In this document: positions 45,714 to 58,187 of the stretch, piece by piece
Layout: each line of letters begins with the position of its first letter
Numbering within the stretch: position 1 is the stretch's first letter
Assembly: GCA_003427395.1 (NCBI GenBank)
Contig: BFEA01000029.1
Span: 4,221,975-4,285,974 of the forward strand
Length of the DNA: 64,000 nt
Reading direction: 5' to 3'
DNA from: Chara braunii
Lineage: Eukaryota; Plantae; Charophyceae
Program-made: the position numbers and the translations under genes
Notes under the pieces: generated by a model
The model's database searches: none
What the model was told of the DNA's origin: nothing
Seen by the model: only the letters and a program-made list of their open reading frames with translations

Positions 45714-48456
45714 AAACGCCCCGGCCACGCCCACAACAACTCGCCACGACGGTTTTTACCCATCAGGTTCGACCACAGTCCCGTATTTCCAACGATTCGC
45801 GGGCGTACCCATGGTGTCTTCGCGCCCACCTACGGACGCGATAAATAATAGTAACTAAATAAAATTGGAAATAATATATATATATATATAGAAACAGCGA
45901 GCGGTAGCCGAGTAGGGACCACGACACCCCTTTCAGCCTGCCCGTCAGCCCCACGCTCGGCCCCGTGGCAGCAAAAGGCGAGGGGGATAGTCCCATAGGC
46001 CCATCAACCCCTCGAGCCTTTTCGCCACGCTCCTCCGCTCCCTTGCTGCATACCGTTAGCCTCGATCCTTGCGTCTGCTGCGTACCAGTCCGGTGCTATA
46101 ACCTATAGGGTTGAGCCCAAACCTGGTACCAGCAGGCCTGACTCACCTTATAAAGAGGTAGCGCACGGCCCTTGGGGCCAAGGAAACGCCCTATGCCACT
46201 TCCCGGCTCACACTTGCACAAAGGACTACCCAAAACTCACGTCGGACTACCGACCTCGCCGCGGCTACCCGTCCTTAGCCAAATCCATCAGGTCCCATCA
46301 GCGTAAGTCCACACCGGCCCCCCGAACCGTCTACCGCATCCCACGTGACCAGGGAAAAACGCACTCATAGGTTAATCAGTTTGATCAAACAGAAATGACA
46401 TACGTCGTCCGAAATCCACGCCACGCCTGCTATTCGTAATCAAACCAAGGAGAAAAACCGCGCGCGCCTCAAACTTGCGCGCCCGCACTCCCTCTAATCT
46501 GACCACGCACTTAGTCATTGTAGCCTTCAGACATCGCTGCGTCTCGCGCAGCACATTTGAAACTTTAGACTTAGCTTATTTTCTGTCATTTGCAAAAACC
46601 AGGGCGGATACCCTTATAAGGGTATTCGCACCGACAGCGTAGAACTAGGCTACTCAACTTATGAGTAGTCTAGCCCGCCTAAACAAGCAACAAGCGCGAG
46701 TGACCGAACAACCTGCAACTTATGCGTTCGCTCAACCTCTGCAACACAACTACATTCAATAAGTAGAGTCACAATCCTTTTTTGTCTTCAGACGAGTGGC
46801 CAAGTCACCTCAACTCATGAGGATCCCCACCCAAACATCGGTTATGTTTAGAAAAAAAAGAAATAGCCAAACTTTATATTATCTCTCTGCCCTTTGTATT
46901 ATCATTGGCATAAAACCAACTACCCAACTTATGGATGAGTCAGCCTGCCAAAAGTTACCACTCAATTTTATAATTTGAATCTTATTTCTCCTCTGCTTTA
47001 TATGTTACCGACATATATGGCTAGATCTCCCAACTTATGACATTCAGCCTGCCAATGATATACATAGTATATAGTTGTATCAGGTTGTTTACTCGGGTTC
47101 CACTTATGTTCACGGCTCATGACTTGGTCACACCTACTTATGGTGTGACTAGCCTACCAAAACAAGTAAACATAAGGCATACGACTTATGGTGTGGTCAA
47201 TTTCTGCCTAAACAATCGACATAAGGTGTATGACCGGGCCACACCAACTTATGGTAAGGTTGGTCAGCCTGAACATTTGGCATACACAAATAACTAAACC
47301 ACCTCAACTTATGAGGGGTTCATCCTTTACCCGAACAAACGACGAAAGGCATATAACTATAACACACCAACTTATGGTGTGGCTAGTCAGCCCATACAAT
47401 GACATATAGCGTAAAACTAGGTTACTCAACTTATGAGTAGTCTAGCCCCGCTTAAACAAGCAACAGGTGCATGTGACCGAACAACCCGCAACTTATGCGT
47501 TCGCCCAGCCTCCTCAACACAACAACAAATAAGATCACATTCTCATTCTGTCTTAATTCAATCAAATAATATGAATTTCTCATACACACTTGTTAATTTA
47601 ACATTTTCATATCATGTCCTGAAATGAAAACAATCAAAAGTAATAATTTTCTTAATCATACTTGCAAACACACAATAGCAAAAGGGTAATATAGTTTAGG
47701 GGATGGGATCACACATGTAAAACGAGCATTATACTTGAGTGTTCCCTGCCTCCAAAACCCCACCTGGGCTCCGGCAGAGCTCCTGCAATCGGTGGGTGGA
47801 CCTCCCATAAGGTCTTGTTGTGGTCCTACGGGTTGCAATCCCGCATGCCACCTTCCTGTCGTAACTTCAGACTGGACTTAGAGTAAGAAGGGAAGAAGAA
47901 GGAGTTTCATACGCGCGAGATACAAGAGAGGGACATACTCAACTCGCAGGAGAGGGCCTTGCGATCTTCATTCGCCTGAGGGGCCCGTAATGGCGGCCAA
48001 GTCGGTTGAAACCGAAGTCAACGGACTGCAAATGCCATAGCTGTAACCCCCAAATAATTGAGGTCTAGGTGCACGGTCAACCCCATACTAAATCCAGCGG
48101 CAAGCTCATTAAGGATACCGCATCTGTATCAGTTCCAGCGGATTCAGCAATAACATAGATCTTTGAGAATCAGCGATATTCTGCCATTGAGAATAGCAGC
48201 ACCGCTGTGTAGTACAATAGTGCACTTTGTCGGATGAAGTAGGAGAAGATCGCCAATCTCTAATTCAGCTGATCATGGACCCAGCAACACCCTCGATCAC
48301 TTAACAGTGCACGGTCACCCTCAAGCTTCTCGCAGCAAATTGTCGTTGAACTGTCCGTATTCGCACAAGTGGGGCCTTGCTTCTCGGTTTCTCCGACCTC
48401 GTGAGTCTTAAGCACTCTCAGGCTGTTACGCGGGTCTTCTCCTTATCAGGTAAGCA

Positions 48457-48550
<94 letters not shown>

Positions 48551-49928
48551 GGACGTCTGCTCTGCATCCAATACTGGGCAAGACGAAGAATAAATCTTTC
48601 GCGAAAACATGGAAAGATACACTTGTTTAAGAAAGCGACTACGAATACAGCCTGACTACGACCATCGTGCAACCTCTTATCAAGTACGCAATTTAACGAC
48701 GAATCTTTCTCATAATCATGGAGGGATACGTCGGTATAGGGAAGGCGGCCACAAGTATGAGGATCACGGGGGACATCACAGTGCGCTGCTAACGACGATC
48801 GTCAGGGTGAGGATGACCATGAACAATATTCGGATGGACACAAATGCTACGCCCATAACAACTCAAATGACCACCTGGTCAACGTGCGTGCGAATAGGCT
48901 CCGCAAAGATCGTGAAAACGAGCGATGACAAATATTGGATGGCAATCATCACAAACATGATCACTACCACCGAGAGTGAGGCCGGAATTTTGATGAGCGG
49001 CACAACCATGTGGATGACGAAGGCGATCACGTAAGGAGCCAATTACTACAACCCGTTCCTCCTTCCTCTACCCCTCCTCTCTCTCTACGCTTGTTATGGC
49101 ACCTTGTTCATGAATGCTCCTGGTCGTTGGCTTGGCCAAGTCCAGTTATTGCCTGAGGGAGGAAGGTTATGAGCGAGAGGAACACGGGAAGACAGATAAA
49201 GAACTTCGATCTGGCCGAACGCAAGTGTGGGCTCCACTAACTTTTTCTACGACATCAGATTGAATCTTTCGTTGGATCGTGGTCAGATACGCTTGCCTTT
49301 CAACGATGCACAAAGAGGATAGAGGGAGACTACTTTCATCGCCAAGATGAGCAAACGCACCGGTCAAAAGGTAAGTCTCCAACCCCAAGGCTGGACTTAT
49401 GCTACTTCCATCGATACGATGAACAAAAATTGAATGAACCTTCCGCTTGAACACGGATGGGTTCACCCCCTTTCTACACCCTCTTCTCCTTCACGTAGTT
49501 CCCATACCCTATTTTGTCAAAACTACTGCGCTTTCTTCGAATTTACCTCACCATCGTATTCGCCCGCCACCAAAACCTCTATTTAGCACCTTTCGTTGCC
49601 AATTTTCATCAGGGAACGACTAAGTTACGTGACGTTTTACTCCCGCTTCGTCGTCCTCCTCATCACCTTCGCGCGCCACTTCTCTCTCTAACCCCAAATC
49701 TACTAACTTACTACTAGAACTAACGTCGATTTTGGATTCACCTACCCTAAAAACCCTTGCCTACCATTCTTCTCCCTCTTATCTTCACCGAGACGCGAGC
49801 GAGACATACACCTTCAACCTCCGTCATAGCCATCCCTCCTCCGCCGCTGCTTCCATCCCCCTTTCATATGCACTCGGCACACTTCGCATTGGGATCCGTG
49901 GTCGTACTGCCGCCTTGGCTTCCCCTCC

Positions 49929-50246
49929 GTGCCAGAATCATGCGCTCATCTAAGCACCACAATGTAAATTGATAACGCAGGGAGCAGGGCAGTGGCTTCG
50001 AGATCGCTAAGGAGTGCGTAACAATTCGATCAAACCGAAAGCCAATAGCGCTGCAACATGCTACCTATATACGGTCGCCGTAGCTGCCCAGGCGTCGTAA
50101 CGGGTAAGAGGATGCTGGATGACTGTGGTTCCTGCAGCAGTCCCAGGCGAGGCGGGCCCTAGTGTTGATCTTAATGGTAGTACCAAAAATCTAAAAGAAA
50201 CCCTTTGAAAACCGTCGTGGAAAAGGGTTCCATATGACCGGTCACT
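49929..50246 (+). pseudogene. Degenerate eukaryotic LSU (25S/28S) rRNA fragment inside the outer element
   Basis: Collinear conserved LSU motifs: CGCTCATC..CACCACAA, CGCTAAGGAGTGCGTAACAA, ACCTATA..CGG.CG, GATCTT..TGGTAGTA.CAAA.AT, CTTTGAA, GTGGAAAAGGGTTCCAT.TGA. Confidence 0.85.
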
Positions 50247-52116
50247 AGAGCGGCCTCAGTCCTGGTGCGCTTGTCCCACCACACCCAGGCACAGTTCATC
50301 ATCTTCAGGGTCCCAACCAGCAAGCTCGCACTCAAACCTCTCTTTGTAGAGCCGCGGGCGTACCAACTGTACCAGGCCCGTTGACCCTACTGCCCGTTCT
50401 CGATAACGGTAAAATAAATAAATAGCATAAAAATAAAATAATAGATAAAGGAGATGGGAAGTGCGATAAGAGGAGGAGGACCGTCGCAACCCCATCCTCT
50501 GTCCTGCCCATCAGGCCCGCAATCTGACTCCCCGACAAAACTAAGGGGGATAGTCCCACAGTACCCTCAACCCCTCAGTTTCTTCACTAGACACTTCTCC
50601 GCTCCTTCGATGCGGGTTGCTAGCTTCGATCCCTGGATCTGCAAGTTGGAAGTACCTGCTCTACTCCTACGCCTGTTGGACAGCGCTAATAGCCACATTT
50701 TGTCGAATTGGCCTTTTCTATGGCTCTCACGCACTCAGCCCTGCTGTATGAAGGGGTCAACTTTACTCGTGGCTGCCGTGCATGCGACACAATCGTGCTG
50801 CTACAAAAACTTCACCCTTCTCAGTAGGCTACCTTCCCGAAAAGACCATACTTTAACCCATCTAGTGTCTCGAAAACTTGGCTCCCATTTATACCACACC
50901 TTACTCACGTCGATCATTACAAAGTTGTTGGCAGTTGCTAGCGCTGGCCAAAACACGGTCAATGCAGGGACTCACGTACTTCACATAGTGTTGACTCTAA
51001 TGTTGTCTTAGGTAAGTCAAAAGTTTCAATGACTAAACCTTACGTTTAGTCATCGAACGCCAGTCTCGGCACACACGCCCGCAGTGCATGCGCGATACTT
51101 ATCCAACATCGTATTCTTTTATAACTTGCGATAACAGACACAAATGTCGCTCACACGACTATTTCATATTACATAATCTCGGACATTCACCTAGAACCCA
51201 CGCGTGTCCTCGAAGTGCACGCCCACACACTCTCTAATCAGATCAAATGTGTATGTTATTCCCAACACCTAAGAGTTGGTCATGGTTATGCAGAAATGGT
51301 ACATTCTCTCAAATATCGTCAAAAACACATCTTCTGTGAGATGTAAAAATGTGCATAAATACCCTTGCAAGGGTATTAGGGCCGACACCGATTGATAGTC
51401 TATATTATATTATTTTAACCCTCAAAACGTTAGAATCAACTATCAGACTACTTGTATTGACATTTCTCTTAATTTATTATGCATCTCATTTTTTTCCACA
51501 CCCCATATTAACAAAAAACACCATGCTAATTTATTTGTTTTTCGTTATACCTCATTTTTGTAATTAGTTTTTTACCTTAACATTTTTGGTCATTAATCAG
51601 GATATAAGAGTAAACATTTAATAAATTTGAAAATACTACAAATCGAACTTCTAACTATACAACAGGATGTCCGCCGAAGGTGTGGCGGGGGCCAAGAGGG
51701 GGTGCAAAAAAAAAAAAACATTACCTACAAAAACAAAAGTTGTGAGGTCAAAACGGTTGAATTGAATAGTCATCGACCATTGATAAGGTGAGTTGAGGTA
51801 CAATCCAACAAAGTAAAAAACAATTGAGATCAAAAAGGCGGGAAGGGGGGGAAACACAACCGACAATGGGCTTTGTTCCCTTACTCACCAATGTTTGTAT
51901 CTGCCCATGTTCTAGCGGGTAATTAATTATCACATACTGCCTTAAACCACTAGTACCTTTGCCGCTTCATAAATGAGGGAAAACGCTTGTTCCCAAAAAA
52001 TTCAGAGACCCAGCCTGACGACGGTTGTCATTGATAAATCTAATTGACGACCGTTATTTCATTTCGGCCTCTTGAAAGGTCAGAGGCTCGTTATTTTCCG
52101 AATGACAAAGGTATTA

Positions 52117-52151
<35 letters not shown>

Positions 52152-52899
52152 GGGTCTCGCTCCACTACTTACAAAATGTGCAAAATGATAATGAATCTTC
52201 TGCTAGAACACTAGCAGATACACGACTATATTTTTGCCCAAATAGCACAATTGTGAGTGTTGGAAATTGGACCCTCCCACTACTCATGAAATGGGTCATC
52301 ACTAAATGTGCAAAATGATAATGAATCTTCTGCTATAATATGGACAGATATACAACCATATTTTTTTGTTTTTTCAGCGAGTCGCAAGTAGTGAAGCCAC
52401 GTCCCAAAACCACAAGTGTGAGATCGTACCTTGCTCCACTACTCACCGAATATGACAAATAATGAAAATATTTTTTTGGGTAAAAAATCAAAAGATATTT
52501 TACCATTGCTGTATTTTGTGCACGTGGCAAGACCAATTGGTTGTGGAATGTCATTCGAAAAAAAAAAAAAAAACGAATCTACTGAAAAGAAAAAAAAAAA
52601 CAACAACCCAACGGATTAAAATATCTCTCCACTGTCCAAAAANAAAAAAAAAAAAAAAAAAAAAAAAAACGGATGGGGGGAAAAAAACGTTCACTGACAG
52701 TGAAGCTCTCCTCTCTTTACTCTGTACTTGTATTCAAATATACGACAAAAATTTTGACTGTCACATATGATTTCCCATTGGCCCAACTCCCCCGTTTCCA
52801 GCGTTTTCCTAACACTAGTAGTTGGGTCTCCTGTGGGCGTCACGCTAGGCCCGGTGGAGTCTTTTGTAAGAGTGGAAATAAAGGTTATTTTCTAATTTA

Positions 52900-53115
52900 T
52901 GCAATTCCTTTCTATCTTGTCAATCATGTCGACATCGTTTATATTTTCAATACTGAACCGAAGTAACCCTTATTTCTTATATTTTTTGTTAACTTTGAAC
53001 CCTAAGAACTGAACCGAAGCAACCATAAAAACTATAAATATTAATTTGTGATTAACTAAATGATAACTAACTATTTCAAACTTAACTAGAAAATTTTGAA
53101 CCAATAATTTAATTT

Positions 53116-53150
<35 letters not shown>

Positions 53151-54750
53151 CAAAAAAAACTCTGATATCTTTTATAAAATAAAAAAATAAAGTATGACTA
53201 GGAACCTTTGGATACAAGAATCTTAAGATAAAATTATCTCCAATACGTAAACGAGTTAGCGTCTATTTCATTCATAATTGCGTAGTTATTGTATATAAAT
53301 GCGTTTCAATCTCCCACTGTAGTTTAATATATGCACTCTGATATAATTATTATAAAACTTTTAAAAATAATTATTTTTTATTAATATCAGTGAGATACAT
53401 TATAATGATAATAAAGTCTTAACTATTTATCCATATCTTTAACGTTGTCAAATCCAACCGGATTGTCCGGGTGTGGTAGGTTCATTCATATTTTAAAATA
53501 AAATAAAAAAACTTAAATTTTTTTTTTTTTAAAGTGAAGGTATTAGAATGTAACATAATTATATAATAATTGAATAAAATTTTTGTGAAGTAGTTAAAGT
53601 GTTTAATGGGATATAAATAGTATCACAAGATTATGAATAAAATTAATTTAATCGAGTTAATAAACTTAAAAATTTTGATATATATATGCATATGGTATTT
53701 AGATCTACTATGATTTCAAGCATGACAACCCGACCAAAAGTTGATTGCATTGTCATAAGTTGTAACATATTTTTATTTAACAATATTATTTAACTTTTTA
53801 ATAAAAAATATATTTCATCTCACAATGTAGAATGTATTTTATTCCACTTTGTCAAACCTACAGTTTTTTGGCTTGATGCCCTGTATAGTTGATGAGTACC
53901 TAAGGATTCGACTATGTTACTCATAAATCTACCATTTAAACTAGACGTGTCAAATAATTGTTTAATTTGATAGAAGAGGGGATAAACTCTTATTGTGAGG
54001 GTGAAAACGACATGCGATAACATTTGGTAACTCATAAAAATACATTATATATATTAATCCGGACGTGAGGTCTATCATTGTTATTCCTTTCAGAAGTTTC
54101 AAATTCAATTGATATAACAACTATGTGAACAGTGTAAGGAATACATTAGTATTGTTTGGATTTTGCCTGTGCATTTAAAAAAAAAAAAAGTTAATAAATT
54201 TAAGAGTCTCTGCCTCAAGTAAATCTATTTGTCCATCAATAAATTGTATATTTACAATTGGTGCAAACAAAATTACTTACTACCGGACACATCTACAGTA
54301 AAACGTTATATTTATTATTTGAGGATAAAATAAATCACAAACTTATGATGAATAAATTTTGAATTTAGGGGAAGATTGTTTGCAATAATGTAAACCTTGT
54401 AGATAATATAACCATTGCTCCCAACTAGCACAATAATAAAAATGTGTTTTTAACACATATGCAAACAAGCAGGACCATGTTTTACTTTATGTCTTTAATT
54501 TAACTTTTAAATGAAACATTAATTTCGAAGTTGATGTTTGAGGTAAGCCTTTATTGCATGTGACGATATGTCGATCAGGTCGAGTTAACAAAACTATCAA
54601 CGACATAAATATAACTTTTAAAGAGATTAACTTGAAAATAATTAACTTTTATATTTTTTTATCCCCTCTCCTTCGTCAGTCTGTTGTTGTTTTATATAAG
54701 AGATATATTTTTATCTAAAATTGTTATGAATGACACTGAAATTATATAGG
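52900..54750 (-). other. Very AT-rich, heavily decayed coding-like relic (possible transposon-associated gene)
   Basis: Short minus-strand peptides FVCTNC, TYDNAIN and MNLPHPDNPVGFDNVKD lie in an AT-rich island. No continuous ORF. Confidence 0.25.
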
Positions 54751-55248
54751 AAACAAACACTCATAGAAGTACATGGTGTAGGGGCGCCGCGAACGAATGG
54801 GTTAGCGCTCTAGCGCTCCGTTCCGCGTAGGTGTCGGCCGGCTACTGAGTGACAGCGCTCAATGAAATTTTCTGGGTAGGCCGTGTCGCTGCTTCCTCGT
54901 CCACCCCGCCATCGATGACGGGGCACGAGGGCATGGTCTCACTCACACATCGTAAGTTCCGCTTGTCGGTAACACCATCGCCTGAGAAGTAACCCTTACC
55001 GCAGTAACTTAGTTTTACCTTTCCAAGAGTAAAAGTGTCGACTTTTCGTGAACGCTGCTGTAAGTTTAGATTACCTAATTAGTCGGGATATAGTAGGGCG
55101 CAAGGGGAAGAAAGGCAGTAATGGAAGAAGAAGGAGCTGGAGGAGGGGGGAGACCCCCCCTACAACAAACTTCTGGGTTATGTAGGACAGGGTCAAACAA
55201 TCCATTGGACAATGCTACGATGAGGGTGTATTTTCAGTCGAACCAAAC

Positions 55249-58091
55249 ATGGGGGAAGTGGTTGAGAATGAGAGGGGGAGGAGATTCAGGGTGAATGAGT
55301 CGTTAGATGCCATAAAAGAGAAATGGCTAAAAAAAAGGACTGTAATTTTCATATTTCAGGACGAAGCAAGAAATTTAACAAGGGGAGTAAAGGAAGACTT
55401 GATCCGATCCTTTGAGGATGGATGGCTTGCTAGGAGACTGTTTAACGCAGAGGTCAGGAGGGGGCGAATCAAATTTGAAGAGCCAAACGTAGTATCCTAC
55501 GTGGCCAAAGCGAACGAAGTGGCCACGTGGCTAGTACAGAAGCGGTCCTCAATGCTAAGCTTGGCGGGGAAAGACTACCCGGTGATCTTCAAACCGTGGA
55601 TGACCAAATCGAAACTAAAGGAGTTCCACCTTCGAGATGCTGAGACTAATTTTTGGATAGTCGCGCTTAGAGTGCCGCTGGATGCGATGTACTACTTACC
55701 AAGCGCAGTAGAAGGCTTGATTGGAGGACTTAAACAGATGCACGCGCCTGAAGCAGACAAAACGAGGCCCAAGCTTATGAATGTGAAGATCGATATGGAT
55801 CCGCAGGCGCGCTACAGAGTTGAAGATTCATTGACTATAAAATCTCCTAAGGGCGAATTGTGGAAGGTAGAGGTGGCTACTCCGTACTCCGACTGGTGTA
55901 AAAAGTGTCGTTGGTACTTTCACACAGAGGAGAATTGCACGCGTCAGGGCCAGGACAGAGGGCCTAGGAGACAGTGGAATTCGAATCAAGCCCAGCAGCG
56001 AGAATATTCTCAAGCTCAGCAACGTGACCAGCCTTCAGCAAACCAGCGGGGTGCTCTTCGTTCAGCGGCCACGGAGGGGAGAACAGATGCATTCCCCCAG
56101 GCATCTCAGGCCTCACGGGGCCCGGGTATTATCGAGGATCGAAAAGCACCGTGGCCGTCTCAGGGGATAAACACGTCACTGCAGCCAGAGTGACAACCCA
56201 GGCAAACATCGCAGACCCTGGATCAGAATGTCCTCACCCAGTATCCGCATATCCAGGCGAACCCCACCTTCTCGCCTGCCCCTCATAACTTTCCGTATGC
56301 GCCTCAATATACCCACCCCCCTCCTCACTCTCTGCCAGATCGCTCTGCGATGCCTGGATGGAATGGTCTGGATGCTAGTTGGCCTTCGTCCAATCCAACG
56401 TCAGTACCCCCCTCACGGTGGCAGGTAGCTCCTGGCCACTATCAGTGGCAGTATGACTATGCCAACCATATTGTGCAGCAATTCAACCCCAACCATTTCC
56501 CCATGAGTACCAGAAATACTTATGCCCCTCCTCCTGTGTACGGTACCCCACCTCTCCCCCCCAATCACGCATAAGGCGCAGAGTTTGGCGCTCCTCAATT
56601 CAGTCAAGGAAGGGGAGGTGGGACTCGACAGCCATCAAGCGGTCCTTCCAGGGGGGAACATTCTGCACACAGGAACGGACCTTTAAAACTCCGCCTGGAT
56701 CACAAACAAGTGTACCACTAGGGAGCAATGGTAGATCGAAGGGGGCATTCAGACATTGCGGAAGATTATTATGATCAGAGAGGACATGCTAGGCGTAGCC
56801 GAGATCCACAGAGGAGCCAGTCGCCTTCCACACCTTCTTCCTCATAATCCAACAACAGAAAAATTCCCACGATAAATGAAAGTTGAAAAAATATTCCATA
56901 AAAGAAAAATCCTTCATATATACAAATTATCATTCCAATGTTCGTTCAATTCTAAAATTTTCAGTTTTATTTGATAAGTTCTTGTTTATATATGAGCTTT
57001 CCCTTCCAACCACATCTATTTGTTCAAGATGGAATGGAAGTCTGGATGAATTTATGAAATGTTTTAATCAAACTTTCATTCTACTACAACAAATATTTTC
57101 TAATTTAGATTGGATGACCTTATTTATGATTGAAAATCCTTACTTAGAACGACAGTCCAATTAAAATATTTCATGAACTCATCCAGACTTTCATTCCATC
57201 TTTAGCATTCGGTTCAAATAAGAAGGGATACCCCATTCGAGGAAGGAAAATTTTCAAATAAGACGAAAAATTTTAAAATTGGAATGACATTTTTTAAGAT
57301 GGAATAAAAATTTAAAATTTAAAATGTAATTTTAGTATAGAATGATTATTTAATTCAGGGAAATTTTTCTGTTGAAGGTACATATGGGAAGTGAGTTAAT
57401 AGGAGATGTCATACCTGATTCAATGGGAGGAGCACTTCAGGTAGAAAGATCGGAATCTTCGACCGGAAGCTCAACTGGAGCAAGGAGGGGAGGAAGATCC
57501 TCGGTTCTCAGACAGGAGAGAGGCACTAGGGCCATTACCATTGGGAGTGAGCATCGAGGCAGTCTGATCAGAAAGGAGGTCCCGATAGTCTGCTCGATTA
57601 CTAGCGCATGTGCTATCTTCTTGGGACGTACTCAGGCAGATGGTCACCCATGCATTCCTTCTACGGACTCAGTGAGCTCCCCAACCCCGAAGGAGATCAT
57701 CTCTTATACAAAACAGTTGTATGGAGACTCCTTCCCGATCAGAATCGTCCCGAAATCACTCATGATTAATATAGTTGTTCCTATAGAAGATAAAGTTTAT
57801 AAATTTTATTTCCCGATCCTAGATGCAAGGATCGATTCAGGTACGGTGGACGCATTAGCAGCTAATGGTGTTCGCTGGTTCCAGCTGGAGGGGGTGAGAG
57901 AAAGAAACAAACAAGAACTGCAGACCATTTTTGTTATCTCAAGCGTTACAGTACTACTACTATTGGATCTCAATCAGAAGTTTCCGGTAGAAGTTAACCT
58001 CCACTCCAACTTCTTGATTGACGCTTTGGCTGCACAGTGGGCTACAAGGTCTCAATCAGCCCAGTCGGGCAGCTCCTCTAGAATCAGTTGA
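55249..58091 (+). pseudogene. LINE ORF1 (zinc knuckle), disrupted by stops and a MITE
   Basis: CKKCRWYFHTEENC (CX2CX4HX4C), a low-complexity Q/P-rich middle, and C-terminal part at 57381-58091. Confidence 0.85.
56847..57380. mobile_element. AT-rich foldback MITE with 4-bp TSD (CATA)
   Basis: TIR core CAACAGAAAAATTCCC / GGGAAATTTTTCTGTTG. Internal inverted arms 57023-57060 vs 57168-57205. CATA at 56843-56846 and 57381-57384. Confidence 0.85.
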
Positions 58092-58187
58092 TGGCTCACA
58101 CACCAGTGGAGGTTCACAGGAGATGGGCATCAGAGGGAGACATTAATTCTTCCCGCATTCAATCTGAAGCGGAAGCAGTTGCTCTCC

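Larger units (their letters stand above)
38288..46636. mobile_element. 8.3-kb ORF-less TGT...ACA element with 4-bp TSD (candidate giant solo LTR or non-autonomous Ginger-like element)
   Basis: Termini TGTCGAGCGC / GCACCGACA (inverted TGTCG). TSD GTGT (38284-38287) / GCGT (46637-46640). Removing it restores the host repeat GACATATGG(T/C)GTAGAACTAG seen intact at 37888-37908. Confidence 0.88.
35413..51387. mobile_element. Outer large non-coding element (35413-38287 plus 46637-51387), relative of the nested 8.3-kb element; left end lost at the chromovirus junction
   Basis: Same block order as 38288-46636: 35500-36120 vs 38620-39470, 36590-37170 vs 40270-40740, hairpin array, 47743-48000 vs 42650-42950, 50300-51387 vs 45760-46636. 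Ends in a palindrome plus CCGACA. Confidence 0.85.

Noticed and set aside
37552-47525. CRISPR-like array (constant core with variable spacers)
   Set aside because: The core is only ~9 bp, the spacers are mutually homologous and form a higher-order repeat, and there are no cas genes. The context is a eukaryotic transposon.
54781-54950. HDV-like ribozyme in the LINE 5' leader (TTCCTCGT)
   Set aside because: No P3/P1 nested pseudoknot pairing could be built. The motif pairs in a simple hairpin with ACGAGG.
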